NCBI GenBank assembly: GCA_050084515.1
Contig: CM114271.1
Span: forward strand, 18,910,001 to 18,974,000
DNA length: 64,000 nt
Direction: 5' to 3'
DNA from: Blasia pusilla
Lineage: Eukaryota
In this document: one piece after another, positions 1-12,126 of the stretch
Numbering within the stretch: the stretch's first letter is position 1
Layout: each line of letters begins with the position of its first letter
Position numbers and translations under genes: made by a program
Notes under the pieces: model-generated
Database searches by the model: none
What the model was told of the DNA's origin: nothing
What the model saw: the letters and a program-made list of their open reading frames with translations, nothing else

Positions 1-363
1 GAAGCTCAGAATAACTACACGCCTACGAGACACAAGGAGAACTCAGGCGACACGCGTTCGCAAGAACCCTTGCAGACAAGTCTAATAGCAAGACACTCGG
101 TCCAAACCGAAACTACTCGACCAAGTGAGAGGTCGCACGATTTGAACGCCTGCAACCGAAGCAAGTATCTTTCAAAATCGGGGGCTTACTAATAGCCTCT
201 AGGAACTTCCGTCATCAATGAGGAGTCGAGCCTCCAGACACAAACTGTAAGACTGCAGACAAATCCAGAAGATAACTCAAATTCCTAGCAAGTGAGATAA
301 GCGACAAAATTGAGGAGTGGGGACATTCCACGGTACGAAGAGCTCTGAATCTGCGTATCTGAC

Positions 364-913
364 CTTGCAGTTGGCCGCCTGAAGCACGCGAGCTGCCGCC
401 AGACCTGCCACTCCGGCTCCAATCACGAGCACCGTCGGTTGTTTCGACCGTGCTCCATGTTTCAAGTGACTTGAGGCTGCAAAGAACTCAATCAGTGAGC
501 CAATGAATACAAAAGCTGCAGCTACGGTATTTCCAATTGGCGGCAAGTCCCTAGAGAACCGGGTAGAATGTTCTCCACAACCAGAAAGTCACCTACGCCA
601 GCATCGAATGCAGCTTTCTCAAAACCGCATAAACACTAGGCTTCCAAAACTGGGGGGGCAACAGAGAGACTGAACTTGGAAGCGGTCTACTGGGCACCAC
701 AGACATTGCATTAAGCAAATAAATGCAATATAATTTCGCATCCTGCTGAGCTCGAGGTCTGGTTAGCCTCAGGACCTTCGCTTCTCCAGAAGAAAGAGAC
801 ACGGCTTGACTTCGGCCAGCCAGCGTTTCGGCAAACAGTGCATAGACCTTAACTCCTGTGCAGGATACCGTTTGGGCTAGAGGATACCTATCCCCCATAC
901 CAAATGTACGCAT
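364..913 (-). CDS. Polyamine oxidase (PAO2/3/4-type flavin amine oxidase), 5' coding exons only; gene continues beyond the left edge
   Basis: Exon 476-364 (tttgcag| ... AAG|gtcaga) encodes SSHLKHGARSKQPTVLVIGAGVAGLAAARVLQAANCK, an FAD-binding GxGxxG motif, with a phase-1 intron before it and a phase-0 intron after it, as I recall for plant PAO2/3/4 genes. The probable first coding exon is 913-901 (ATG CGT ACA TTT G|gtatgg), which joins in phase. The start codon is less certain than exon 2. Confidence 0.75.
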
Positions 914-1681
914 TCTACTGCTCTGATTAGCCTCGGATTCTATACAAATCTGGCTGCACTTTGAGCTTCTTCAGTCGCTTGGCTAGCACAATTCTCATCG
1001 CACCGTCTACGAATTCTCACTCAAGCTCGATTGCTGCTCTAGTGTAATGAGCCTACACGAAACCAGCTGAAGCTCGGGCAAAGGAAAGTATGTATTGGAG
1101 AGAAACGTACTCAAATCTCTCGACAGTTGATCCGTGGGCGCCATAAATGGCGCTGTGTGCGCTGTATAACGCCTTCCAGTGGTGAGATTAGGTCTCGCGC
1201 GAGTGAATCGAGAGCGTACAGGAGTGCACGGGTAGATGCCGTATAATGATGTTGACAAGAAGTCTAGAGGAGAAGAACGAAGACAGGTCGGTACGCAAGA
1301 GCGTGAACCAAATTACTAGCCACAAACGATATTAAACGGTAGTATCGTTGAAAACCAGGGAGGACTAAGAAATGCAATGGATGGAGGCCAAAACAATCCC
1401 GCCCGGGTCCGATAAAGTCGAATGACTAGAAAGAAAAACGGACGGACCGACATACAGAGAAGGATTCAGACGGATGGGGGAAACTAGCCAATCAGGCACT
1501 TCGGACCGGCGTACAGCGATGGATTGCAACCGGGCAAACAAGCGATGCTCTCACCCACACAGACACTCTCTGTGTCTCTGTCTTCGTCTTTCCACCGCAC
1601 TCCCCAAGAGACGTCGTGAGTGGTGCGCTATTCGGCGACGATATCGGATGCGCGCACGAGAGGAAGCTCTCAATGAGAGAC

Positions 1682-1927
1682 CTACGCCGCTGTGCTAGAC
1701 AGCAATTTGACCGCTAGAGGAAGAAGAGAGCGCCGAATTTCAAGATTGCGACGCAATCCTGGCGGAGAGGGAGGGAGGGCGGACGGACGGAGAGGAGAGG
1801 AGAAACTGCGCTGGATAGATATCCCCACGGGAATCGAACGAATAATCGGTGGCCGCCTCAGGCGATAATCACAGCAAGGCAGCGAAAGAGCGAAACGGAA
1901 GCCCCGCGAGCGATTGCGACCGCGCAG
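1682..1927 (-). CDS. Candidate conserved-peptide upstream ORF (non-AUG) in the PAO 5' leader
   Basis: The frame is open from 2131 to TAG at 1684-1682 and has no ATG. It contains RNRSRGFRFALSLPCCDYRLRRPPIIRSIP, which resembles from memory (unverified) the amine-oxidase CPuORF family. The start is placed provisionally at CTG 1927. Confidence 0.45.
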   Translation of the reverse strand: MRGRNRSRGFRFALSLPCCDYRLRRPPIIRSIPVGISIQRSFSSPLRPSALPPSPPGLRRNLEIRRSLLPLAVKLLSSTAA

Positions 1928-4197
1928 GGGGCAGGCAGAGAGACACTGATAAACCGTGCAGTGTACGCAACGACGGCAGCAGCAGACGAGTCGAATTCCG
2001 GTCGCAGAACACGCGGCCGTACCGCGAGAGCGCGAGGAAATGACGAGCGAGCGCACAGGCAGGAACGAGACCACCCGATCAGCAGTGGCAGTAGCGCCGG
2101 TGACACTGCTGCAGTAGTAAGCCCAACACGCCTATGGACGCCGCGGGCGATGCCGATGCTGTCGTTCCTGGAGCCAAAGCATCCAAGCGACTGACTCCCA
2201 ACGCGAGCCGAGGATAGCACGAGCGATCTGACCAGCGAGAGCGAGCGAGGGAGGGAGCGAAGAGCGAAATGAGATTGCACGGGGCGAGGTTTTAATGTGC
2301 AGCTGTGAGTCGCCCACAACAACAACAAGAAGCGAAAGAAGAAGAAGGAGAAGCAGTGGCCGAAGCCGGAAAAGAAGGAGGAGGAGGAGGAGCAGCAGAC
2401 GATGCAGAGAGGACGCGAAGGAGGAGGAGGAGGAGGGAGACATGACGCCAACGCACAGTGGAGATGACTGGAACCAGCGGAGGCGGGACCCACCCGCTTG
2501 AATGAATGCCTCGGGTTTGTTGAAGGTCTAAAATTCCCCCGGTATTCAAGGCGGACGGGGATCGGTGAAGAAGGACTACTCTGCGCTCGGGCCAGACTGC
2601 GGGACTCCTGTGTCCCCCGCCCTTCGCAGGCTCGCGGTCGCGTGCTGGAAGCATGGATGGGGAGGGGGCGATTCATTCATTCATTCCTCCTTTCTACGAC
2701 GACGAGAATGTTCCAACCTAACGAACACTAGGACGGATGGGCGGGGCTGGAGGAGGCACTGGATCCTTTCCCTTCCGGTGGATTGGTTGGCCGGTGGGTG
2801 TTGTTAATGTTGTTGGCGTCGTTTGTTTGTTTTGTGTTTGGGGCTCTCCCTCCCACCGGAACAGTGGTACTGGGTTTCCTCTTTAGGTCGGTCGGCCCTC
2901 CGTTCGTTCTTCACGCAAATCCGCCCTCGATAACGGTTGTCATAACGGTTGTGGCCCCTCCTACCGTCATCGTCGCCGTCCACTGCCTATGAGAAGGCAC
3001 CAAAAGGTAATAATAATAATGGCCCCCATTCTTAGAAGGGGGGCCATTCCCTCATGAATGCCGAGGGTGAAAAGGATTAAGGGCTCCCTCTCTAATAATA
3101 GTAAGGGATTGAGCTCTCCTCTCCTCTCCTCCTCCTTCGCTCTCCACTTCTCGTGGCATGCTCAAGGAGAAAAGAAAGAAAAATTAAGTCATCCCCATCA
3201 TCCCCCTTCCTCCGAGTCATCCCCCCCTCCTCACTCACTCACTCAGAGCGCAAGTGAAAACCCCTTCATACTCTCACACGAGATTCTCCGACGCTGCACT
3301 TTTCCCACCTTCTCCTCCTTTCTAATCCATTCTCGTCTTAGTTCGTCACCGCTGATCCACACGGACTTTTGGGAGCAGAGCGCAACGGCAGGCATCCGAG
3401 GAGTAGCAGTCGTGCGTGTTCAGATCATCGCCCAACTACCTACGCCGGTTGATATAGGGTCCGAGGAGCACGCCCATTTTGAGATCGGGTTGAACGAGAT
3501 TCATCGACGTACCGTGGCCTTGACCCACGTTTCTTCGCCATCTCCCAATCTGTAGTACTCAGCGATTTTGGGCGGGGACGGCGGGAGGCATGGACGGGGA
3601 CGGCGGGAGGAAGGACGGAGGTCGTAGGGGACGAAAAGAGACGTGCTACATGTCGAAACGGAGAGCGTGACGAGAGCTTCGTTTTGATCCGGACCTTGCT
3701 GCATGGCGTGAAGTATTTTTATTTTTATTCATCTTTTTAGAATTCGGTTCATATTAGGGTTCCAAATATGAATATTAGGGCTTAGCTTATTGTCATTTGG
3801 AGAAATTTCCCAAGGTAACGTCCTCTATTCACCCACCCTTCCCCTCCTTTCCCAAGTCCTTTCTTGTTTGTCGTATTTGTCGTATGTGCTTCTCATTTTG
3901 GTTCGATTCACGTTTGTATTTGTTACCCCTCCCCATACATACACTTTTCTTCTCATCTATTTTATCTCGAAGGGCCCATGATCTTTTCACACTCTTAGCA
4001 ACTCTCGTATTCATGAGTTTATTTTTGGGAGGGGTTGGGACTAGAAGTCCTAGGTGATGTCGGTAGGTGAGAGTTTATGTTAGAGGGAGCATTATCGTGG
4101 ACGGAAGAGAGTGGTTTGCCAAGGGACCGCTCGTTCGAATGGGGATGATAGGAATTTATTGAGGGGGATTGTCGAGAACGATTTTATTGGAGGGGCC

Positions 4198-7100
4198 ATG
4201 TCCTCTTCTTGGTGAGTTGCATCCATGCCTCGACCCATCGGCTCCCGTGTGGGGACCCATGGGTCGTCTAGTTGGGATACTAAATGCCCATGTTGTCCTG
4301 TCCCGAATTCTTCACTGTTCAGAATTCGGAACCACTTAGCGGCTAAACATCCCGACTTTGATAGATTTGGATGGGTGGTCCCTCCCATGGAGGCCGACCA
4401 TGGATGCTCTCCGGTGCTTCCCGCATCATCGCCCCTCCCGAGGCATGGGAGTGGTTGAGGTCCCACCAGTGCTGAAAGCATTATAGGTCTCTTCGAGACC
4501 CGTTTTCCCGCCCCGAGGTTGTTTCATAGGATCCCCCATGCTTTTGTGAGGGGACGACCTCCGCCACGCATTCCTCCTTCCCTCGCTAGGAGAAGCCCTT
4601 GATCCTATGGATGAGCTCTCTTGGTACCTACTACTTCTCCTTCCACGATGGTGTCTTCGTTACACTCGGGAGGAAGGCCGATCATAGAGAGGTTATAGCA
4701 CGCCCGAGACGCTTTCGAGGAGGTGATTGGGAGTCTCTGCAGAGTGAGTTTGTGGCATTCGCGGAGGTAGTAGTTCACCTGGTTTCTGGCGGACGATCCT
4801 CGAGCAGCCAGGTTGCGACAATGTAGGACACTTCAAAGGGGCGAGCTCGTGAGTACTCGCGAGCAAGCCGTCAAGAACGTGCTCTTCGCCCGATGGACAT
4901 GGCTCCTTCTTCAGCTATTACCATCGATGCCCTCCGAGGCTACATCCTCGCCCAGCCGGTTGACATTCCAGCTTTTGCACGTGACTTCCACCCGACACGG
5001 CTATATGCCTTGACCCGTCCCTCTTTGCACGGGCACTCGGACGTTCTCCGAGGATTGCGGTCGGAGGTTTGTCGGTGGTATGATGTACAAACACCTTCGT
5101 GATTGCTTTCTTCCGAGGACACCGCTAGCGGCTTCTCCAAGTTGCTTCAGGTTGCCTCTCACCTAGCTCAGGGAGAGTGCCAACAGCAGCTTGAGGAAGG
5201 GCCCAAGTATTAGGGGGGGCAACTTTTGGCGTTGTCAAGGAGGGTGGTGGTATCCGTCCGATTGCCATAGGTGGATTGTGCTCTTGGTTGGTGAGTCTCT
5301 GCTTTGCAATTCCGTGAGGCTTTCCAATCACATCCGAGCAGTCCGCATCGGTTTGGAGTTGCCACGCCGGAAAGTAAACCGGATGTGAGACGGTGGCCTT
5401 AGGTTTGAGGGCTTGTCTAGATGTACATCTAGAGTGGGTGGTTCTCCAAGTGGACGTGGGAGAACGCCTTCAACTCAGTATCTCGGGCTACTATATTCAT
5501 AGAGTTGAGGGACGCGGGTGGCCCCATGGCGAGCCTCATTCCCTTTGTGCAAAGCTTTCTATGGGGCCCCTTCGGCCCTCTATTTCCACCATGGTCGATT
5601 CGAGGAGGAGGTCACGGTCTTGGAGTCCGCTATCGGGACTCGTCGGGGTGACCCCTGGGTGGCGCGCGTTGTTTCTTTGTGGCTCATTACCGAGCGGTTC
5701 TTTCTACGGTGGAGGCTTTCCCGGGTTGCATGTTCCTTGGAGATGCGCAAGATGATACTCATATTGTTGGTCCCGAGATCTGGTTGTCCTTGCATTCGAG
5801 CACTTTTCAGCACAGGTTGGCACGTGTCGGCCTGGCGGTGAAGGTGGGGAAGTGCAAGGCTTGGTCTCCATCAGGCCTACGTGATGATCTACATTTACCC
5901 GACGGCTTCTTGCGACTGTCGGAGGGCTTTAGTCTTGGGAGTCCCGCCGGGAGCCAGGACTTTGTTATCGACTTTCGTGGCGCGGCTCTTACCGAGGATC
6001 TTCTCCACGTTGATGATCTTACGAGGATCGGTGACCCTCAAGTCGCCTTTGGCATTCTCTCTTCTTGTTTTGCTCGAGACCTGGTTACCTCACTAGAACT
6101 GCCTGGACATCTAGTCACCTTTCTTCCCTATATAGATCCTTTGATAGGAAGCTCATGCAGGTGTTTGGGGATCTTCTAGGACCCGGCTCTTTAGAGTGCC
6201 CCATGGGGGAGTTAGCTCAGAGATAGGCCTCTTGGCCGATTTCTTTTGGTGTGGAGTAGGTCTTCTCTCGACCGAGTTAGTGGCGCCCTCCGCTTTTTTA
6301 GGGAGTTGGGCCATAGTGGCACCCTCCTTTGCTCCCGATTTTTGGTTAGAGATAGACCGCTCCTTCTACACTACGTCTCCCAGGTGATTCGAGGATGGCT
6401 CTTTCCCACTTCAGTCTTCACTCACAGCTTGTAGAGATTCCTTGAGTTGAGGCCGAGCCGTTCTCCCCACTTTCTCCTCCTTAGTTACCTCCGGTCGGTC
6501 AGGCTCCAATCTTCCTTGATGGAAGCCCACTTTGAGGCAGTTTTTAGAGGCACTATGTCGGACGGGAATATCCCCATGGAGGTTAGGGCCCGTGATTCGC
6601 TCTTGCTCGGAAAAGGGGCAGGCTCATGGGTAGGGGCGCGCCCCCTTCTCCAGGCTTTCGTGATCGCACCACTTACCTATACCCAGCGATGCGGCTCGCT
6701 TGGGCCTCCCCAACCATCGGTGGTTGGTTCGACACACCGCGAGTGTGTCGCCGAGCCTGGATCCACTTGGTGTGCATTTTGGCACGCTGTCGATTGGGGT
6801 GAGAGGATAGCCACTCACGATGCGGCGGGATATCATGTTTAGTATTGCTCGGGAGAGTGGCTTCCATGTGCGAGAGAGAGGCACTACTCCATGCGGGATT
6901 CCCTCATTCGTGCCGATCTCTACATGACACATGAGGCCGAGGTGGTTGTGGCGGGGACGTGGTAGTCACAGATCCCACGCTGGGGAGGCAGGTGCGAGCC
7001 CAAGTGGTGGCCCAAGGGCGAATGCTACAGTGAGCGGCGGCGGCGGCGAAGAAGACACATATCTGATCGACTACACGAGGGACACATCTTCATCCCCCGG

Positions 7101-7508
7101 CCATAGAGATGTATGGGGCTATGGGGGAGAGGTTCGACTCGTTCCTACGGATCGCGCCCATCATCTCCACTCGAGAAATGGGTTGTCCTTAGCTATCTGC
7201 GATTCTCAGACATTGTAGGCGGCTGGTCTCCATAGCGTTGCGGCGTGCCAGGCTAATGGGATTTTGCTATGGCGGGCTCAGGCTATGGGAGACGCGCGAA
7301 GGGCGCTAGAGGCCCACTTAGTAGTAGTCATAGCTCTCTTGTTGTTGCTTGATATTGTCTCTGCTGTTGGTGAGTTTCGTCGTTAGAGGGGGGAATGCCC
7401 CCTTCTTCCTTTTCTGGTCCTGTTGTGGCCTTCAGGTTTTGACTCTTTGAGTCCCCCTCTTTTGTACTTCCGATGGGTTTTCCATCACTCGTTTTTATCG
7501 AAGTGCAT
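4198..7508 (+). mobile_element. Degenerate CRE-clade non-LTR retrotransposon (N-terminal zinc finger, RT, C-terminal restriction-like endonuclease)
   Basis: Motifs occur in order across frameshifts: C2H2-like CPCCP...RNHLAAKHP (~4285-4350); WYLLLLLPRWCL (~4620); KEGGGIRPIAIG (~5235-5270); HRFGVATP, GCETVALGLR, WVVLQVDV/ENAFNSVSR (~5345-5490); GTRRGDP (~5635); QDDTHIVG (~5750); GGVGL-like (~6255); GERIATHDA (~6800); RADL and DVVVTDP (~6910-6980); FIP..IEMYG (~7090-7120); SIALR (~7230). A U-rich 3' UTR with a stem-loop follows. The 5' boundary is uncertain. Confidence 0.85.
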
Positions 7509-7947
7509 CTTCTTCCTCCGAGTTGTTCGCTCGATTCCCATGTCTGATAATTAGGCGTGTTAGAATACATTTGCTCACCGGCCAAACCAACCTAACGAGC
7601 AAGTTCAACGACATTCACTCTTCTGCTTCCTTTTCTATTTTAGATAGGAGGTGCTCGTCGTTCTTGCATCAAATGTCCGACTTGCAAACACTCCCACGAG
7701 AAAATGTCTCGTTTCCCACATCCAAATGGGAAAGAGGGAGGAGGTGGGTCCGTTCGTATGCCCGAGAAGAAATCTTCGGTTTTGGATTCGTTTCGTTAGA
7801 GGCGCCACCAAAGCCATGACAAGAGTCACGAGAGACAAACGAAGAAACTAACCGGCGAACACGGCGGTCGTTTTCAGCAGGATTTCCCCGGCGGCCCAAA
7901 GAGGAAACCACTTGAAAAGATAGGATTACCTGCAGCAGCTCGCTCGC

Positions 7948-8031
7948 GGGTTTTTCGCTCTCTCTGCCCCCGTCCCTCCTCTTTTGTATCGCTGATGGGT
8001 TTTCCCGTCAAGCGTTTTTATCGAAGTTCAT
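7948..8031 (+). repeat. Second copy of the CRE 3'-terminal module (5'-truncated copy or SINE-like tail)
   Basis: cctcttttgta-tcgctgatgggttttcccgtcaagcgtttttatcgaagttcat aligns with 7456-7508 cctcttttgtacttccgatgggttttccatcactcgtttttatcgaagtgcat. Confidence 0.65.
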
Positions 8032-11000
8032 TGTTACTCGCGTGGATGGTCTCCGTATAAGCAGATCAAGCGACGCACTGACGATCAGCACCGGATTATC
8101 GCGCCGGAGTTCAGTCCGTGGACTAACCTAACCCGAGGTCAGTCGGTGACTCAGGCAAAACAATCTCCCAACCAACAGAATAGCTCCGTCCCCTTGGTCC
8201 TCGGGACGACCCTACCGATTAGCAGGGGGGACTCTGTCCGTGGCCACTAACGAACGAACGCCCCAAGCCAGGGAAGATTGATACGCTAACGTACTTGTAT
8301 AAGGAATAAATCGGGATAGCTTTCCTAACCAGAGCAGAGTCCGGGGATAACCGGGGTTTAGGCGTGGGGCGGGGAGCGCTGTTAGCTCCAACTGCCGTAG
8401 GATTTCCCGTCCGTCCGTCCGTCTGTCAACGGGCAGCAGCAGGCGGGCAGAAGAGGAGAGAGGTCACGCCAAGCTCCTGCTACAGGCCTCGGCCGGGGGG
8501 CCCTAGCTCCTGACCCGTACGCATAGCTTCCTGCGGCTGTTGACCCCCCTACAGTTAGGTACCTACTACCTACCACTTTCCATTCTGCCGAAATCAGTGC
8601 GGGCTCCACCACCCACCCCACCTTCTCTTCCGTCTTCAGTTCGCTTCCCTTCAGCGTCGCTCACCCCGTTCGTTCCCCTAGAGCTGGCAGCCGTGGAATG
8701 AAGCCCCCCTTTCCTTCGCGCGACCTCAGACTCACCGCCGGTCCTGAGGCGAGGGCCGGCCCCAGCGATCACGTCAATGTTTATGTTTTCTTTCGTCTAT
8801 TATGTTTCTTTTCCTATTTTTTATTCGATCTCGATTCATGTCATTTCATTTCATCTCGTTACGTTCGGGCAGGTGGACACGGGTTGATGGGCTGACTTAG
8901 AACGGGGAGTAGGTGGTGTGAATGCGAACACGAGCATGGTGGACATGCGTTCCAATAATCGAAAAAAAAAGTGGACCTGAAATCAAAAGCTGCACGAATG
9001 TATGGCTAGGGGAAAAGAAAGGTAGTTAACTTAGAAATGGATTGTGGAACGTTTCGCCCTTTTATGGTTTGGATTGCGTTGTTGGAGTTGAGCGGATCCA
9101 CGATTTGGACTCTACTTAGATCCAAGAGTTGGACTTTGCATGAATGTCGAGAAATCCATAATGATGTCGGGCAGAGCAAAGCACATGAGATGTGCTGCAA
9201 TCTGGAGCAACAACCCCCGTATTTCCTCGAATTGTACAAACCCCAAAAGAAGACATTCCCATGCACCATAGTAGTAAACCTCGAGTGTATGGAGCCATAG
9301 CTTGTTGAGATCTGCAGAATGAAGTGAGAGTTAAAAGAAAAGGAAAAAAAAAAACCAACGGAGGGGAGTGTGAATGAGCTAGGTAAACTAGACTTTTGAC
9401 TTCCTCATGTTTTGTCTCCCATGCACACTGTTGTTGTCTGCCATTCATTTACGACCCCGCCCAACTCTTGCTCTTACTTTCTAACCATAGTCGAGTTATG
9501 ACGTGTGCTCGAGTTCAATTCCACCATTCGCTTACCCCAAACACATAAGTTCCCCATCTTTGTACTCACTTTCTAACCTCTTAGTTGAGGTGTAGAGAGT
9601 GCTCGAGCTAACTCCGATATTTGCAACCCCCAAGCACATGCTCGCCCCACCCCTTTTCACCTCTAAGTGCAACAACGAGAGTTCAAGTTTCAACCGTGGG
9701 AATAAGAGAAACCCTTTGGAGAAACACAAGGGGACAAAGAACTCAATTAAATTAATTAAGATCCCGACCACAAACGGTCTCCTTCCATTACAGCATTTTG
9801 AGAACCTCCTTTTCTTTCGAAATCGAATTCATGAAAGTAGTTTAAACCTTGGTGAGATCGGATGAGAAAGGAGACGGCACTTAGATAGCCCGAAAGTTTA
9901 TGATTTCCTTTGTCTTTCCATGCTACCCATGATTGATCGACCATAAGAAATGCCTATCCTTCACTTTACTTTGCACCACACCCCTAGTGATAGCATTCTT
10001 TACAAATCCTCCAGCCGTTCATCCATATAATTAAAAGAGGATGGGGTTTAGGACCCCTTCCCCTAAACATTGTAATAAAGAGCTAAATTAATAGCTGAAC
10101 TTAAATTAACCCGTGAGATGCCTTTTTCAATAGTGAAAACACAAGCATTAAATTTCTTTTAAATTTCTCCATGTGAAGGGTACTATAACTTCCTTAAAAT
10201 AAAATGAAAAAAAAAAAAAAAAAAAAAACCACCAACAACAAAAGGTGCCATATCTTAAATTTTGGTGTTTAGAGCCCATCCATTTTAGCAGCTTGAAGGT
10301 GGGGGGGGGTTCTAGGGAGGAGGCCGCGCATCCTAAAATCTTTATCAGATTGTATCCATAAAATATGTTCAAGGAAATTAAAACACACTTCCATATCCTA
10401 CCCTTAAATTTATTTTTTAAAGATTTACTTTGTTCGATTGAAATGATCCTCACAGCAAGTTTGACCCCCTCGGATTTTCACCAACTCATATGTTGAACTT
10501 TGAGAAGGCAGAAATAAGCTTCCACTCATCAAGTCGACCGACCACACTCATTGCCAAAAGAAAAAAGTAACATGCCAATAAATCTGAATGAAATTAATTG
10601 CAGTTGGTTTCATAGCACCAGATGTACTTTCGGAATTTAAAAGGTCGGCAAAGAAGATGTTGACCGACGGAGAATTGTTTGGGGAGCATGAACAATAAAT
10701 TTTCTTCATCAAGTATTCGAGGATTTTTATTTTTTAGGTTTTATTGCGTATGCATTCACTATTCAGATTTTTGGCATACCCCCCTTTTAAATAAATTTCC
10801 TCCAAATCTTTTGAATAAAGAATTGCTCACATAGAAAGTTTCCATGCTTTCGTTGTCACATCTAACGCTCACCAAAGACGCACGTGTCATTGAACCAGTA
10901 AGTTCCAAGTCCTATGGAAGAACGTTTAAGTCTTCGTTCGTCTTCCACAACAAAACCCATCCATTCAACGATCACTTCCTTGAAATCCTCCATGCAAAGT

Positions 11001-11468
11001 CGGTACCTTTGCCATGAACACCTAGACTCGATTCATTCATTTTGGCGTAAACGTTGAGTCACACTTTGAACATCCATGAAGAAGATGGATGGTGCCGTGT
11101 CATGCACTCACATGGAGGAATCATAAAAACGCCATCACGTCTAAGGGGAAATGATTGATTACTCATGGGTTCTTGCTTATTATGATGTATGATTATCATT
11201 CCTTCTTCTCTTGCTTCACAACTCTCGAGATAGCATCATGATGGGGACATGAAGCATGTAAGATCTATGGATTGGGGTTAGAGTCATGGAAATGAAGGTC
11301 TTGGTTTCTCAACTATTTTGGAGGGCTTCATCTTGCGCGATTTTTATGGTTCTTGTATGTTCGAATCAATTGTAAGGCTCTACATCATAGGGACGTATGG
11401 ACTTACCACTTAAACTCATGTGCAATTGAACAATTCATGATTTTGGATCATATTATTGTGAATTTTAG

Positions 11469-12126
11469 TTGTTGTGCACATACATATCGTTACACAACAT
11501 ACATCATTATCACTAATCAAACACAGAAAACACTATTCTAATACATTCAATTATGGAGTCCAAATACAGAGGCAAGTAACTACCAAAATATTTCTAAAAA
11601 AATAGAAATATGTCTCATAAACACAAAGGGCTCTCTCTCTCTCTCTCTCTCTCATCAAACCAAACTCACTTTCAAAATGAGAGGATGGGATGACTCACAA
11701 ACCAAGGACCATCATAGGTTTGTCACTTCTTCATAAGGAGCTTCAACAAAGAGAGAATGAGCTCTCTCTCTCTCTCCTTACTGATTTGGGCACACACGTC
11801 AACTCCTTGACCCCTAAACCTCCAATAGTTGGTCAAGTGTGACTTTCAAAAAAAATAAATTAACTTAATTTCTCAAAATAGGTAACTTATCCAAAATAAA
11901 ATATTCTGACAGGTTCTAAACAGGCCCCAATCAAGAGAAAACTTGCACTTACAACTTATCCTAATCCTTAGCAAATCATCCTTAATCTATTAGGATCAAC
12001 CCTTTGATTTCCTTCGAAGCACTACATATGTATTTTTTCTTCCGCTACAAAGATCTGATAATTGTTGTGCACATACATATAGTTTTCACTAATCAAACAT
12101 AAAAAATACGAATCCTACACATTCAA
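11469..12126. repeat. Dispersed imperfect direct repeat (two copies, ~65-80 bp)
   Basis: ttgttgtgcacatacatat...tcactaatcaaaca...acattcaa occurs at 11469-11550 and 12062-12126 in AT-rich, TE-like DNA. Confidence 0.6.

Noticed and set aside
1858-2676. 272-aa ORF and similar long ORFs (26695-27273, 41473-41991, 51281-51790)
   Set aside because: Low-complexity translations of GC-rich leaders or antisense strands, with no domain motifs.
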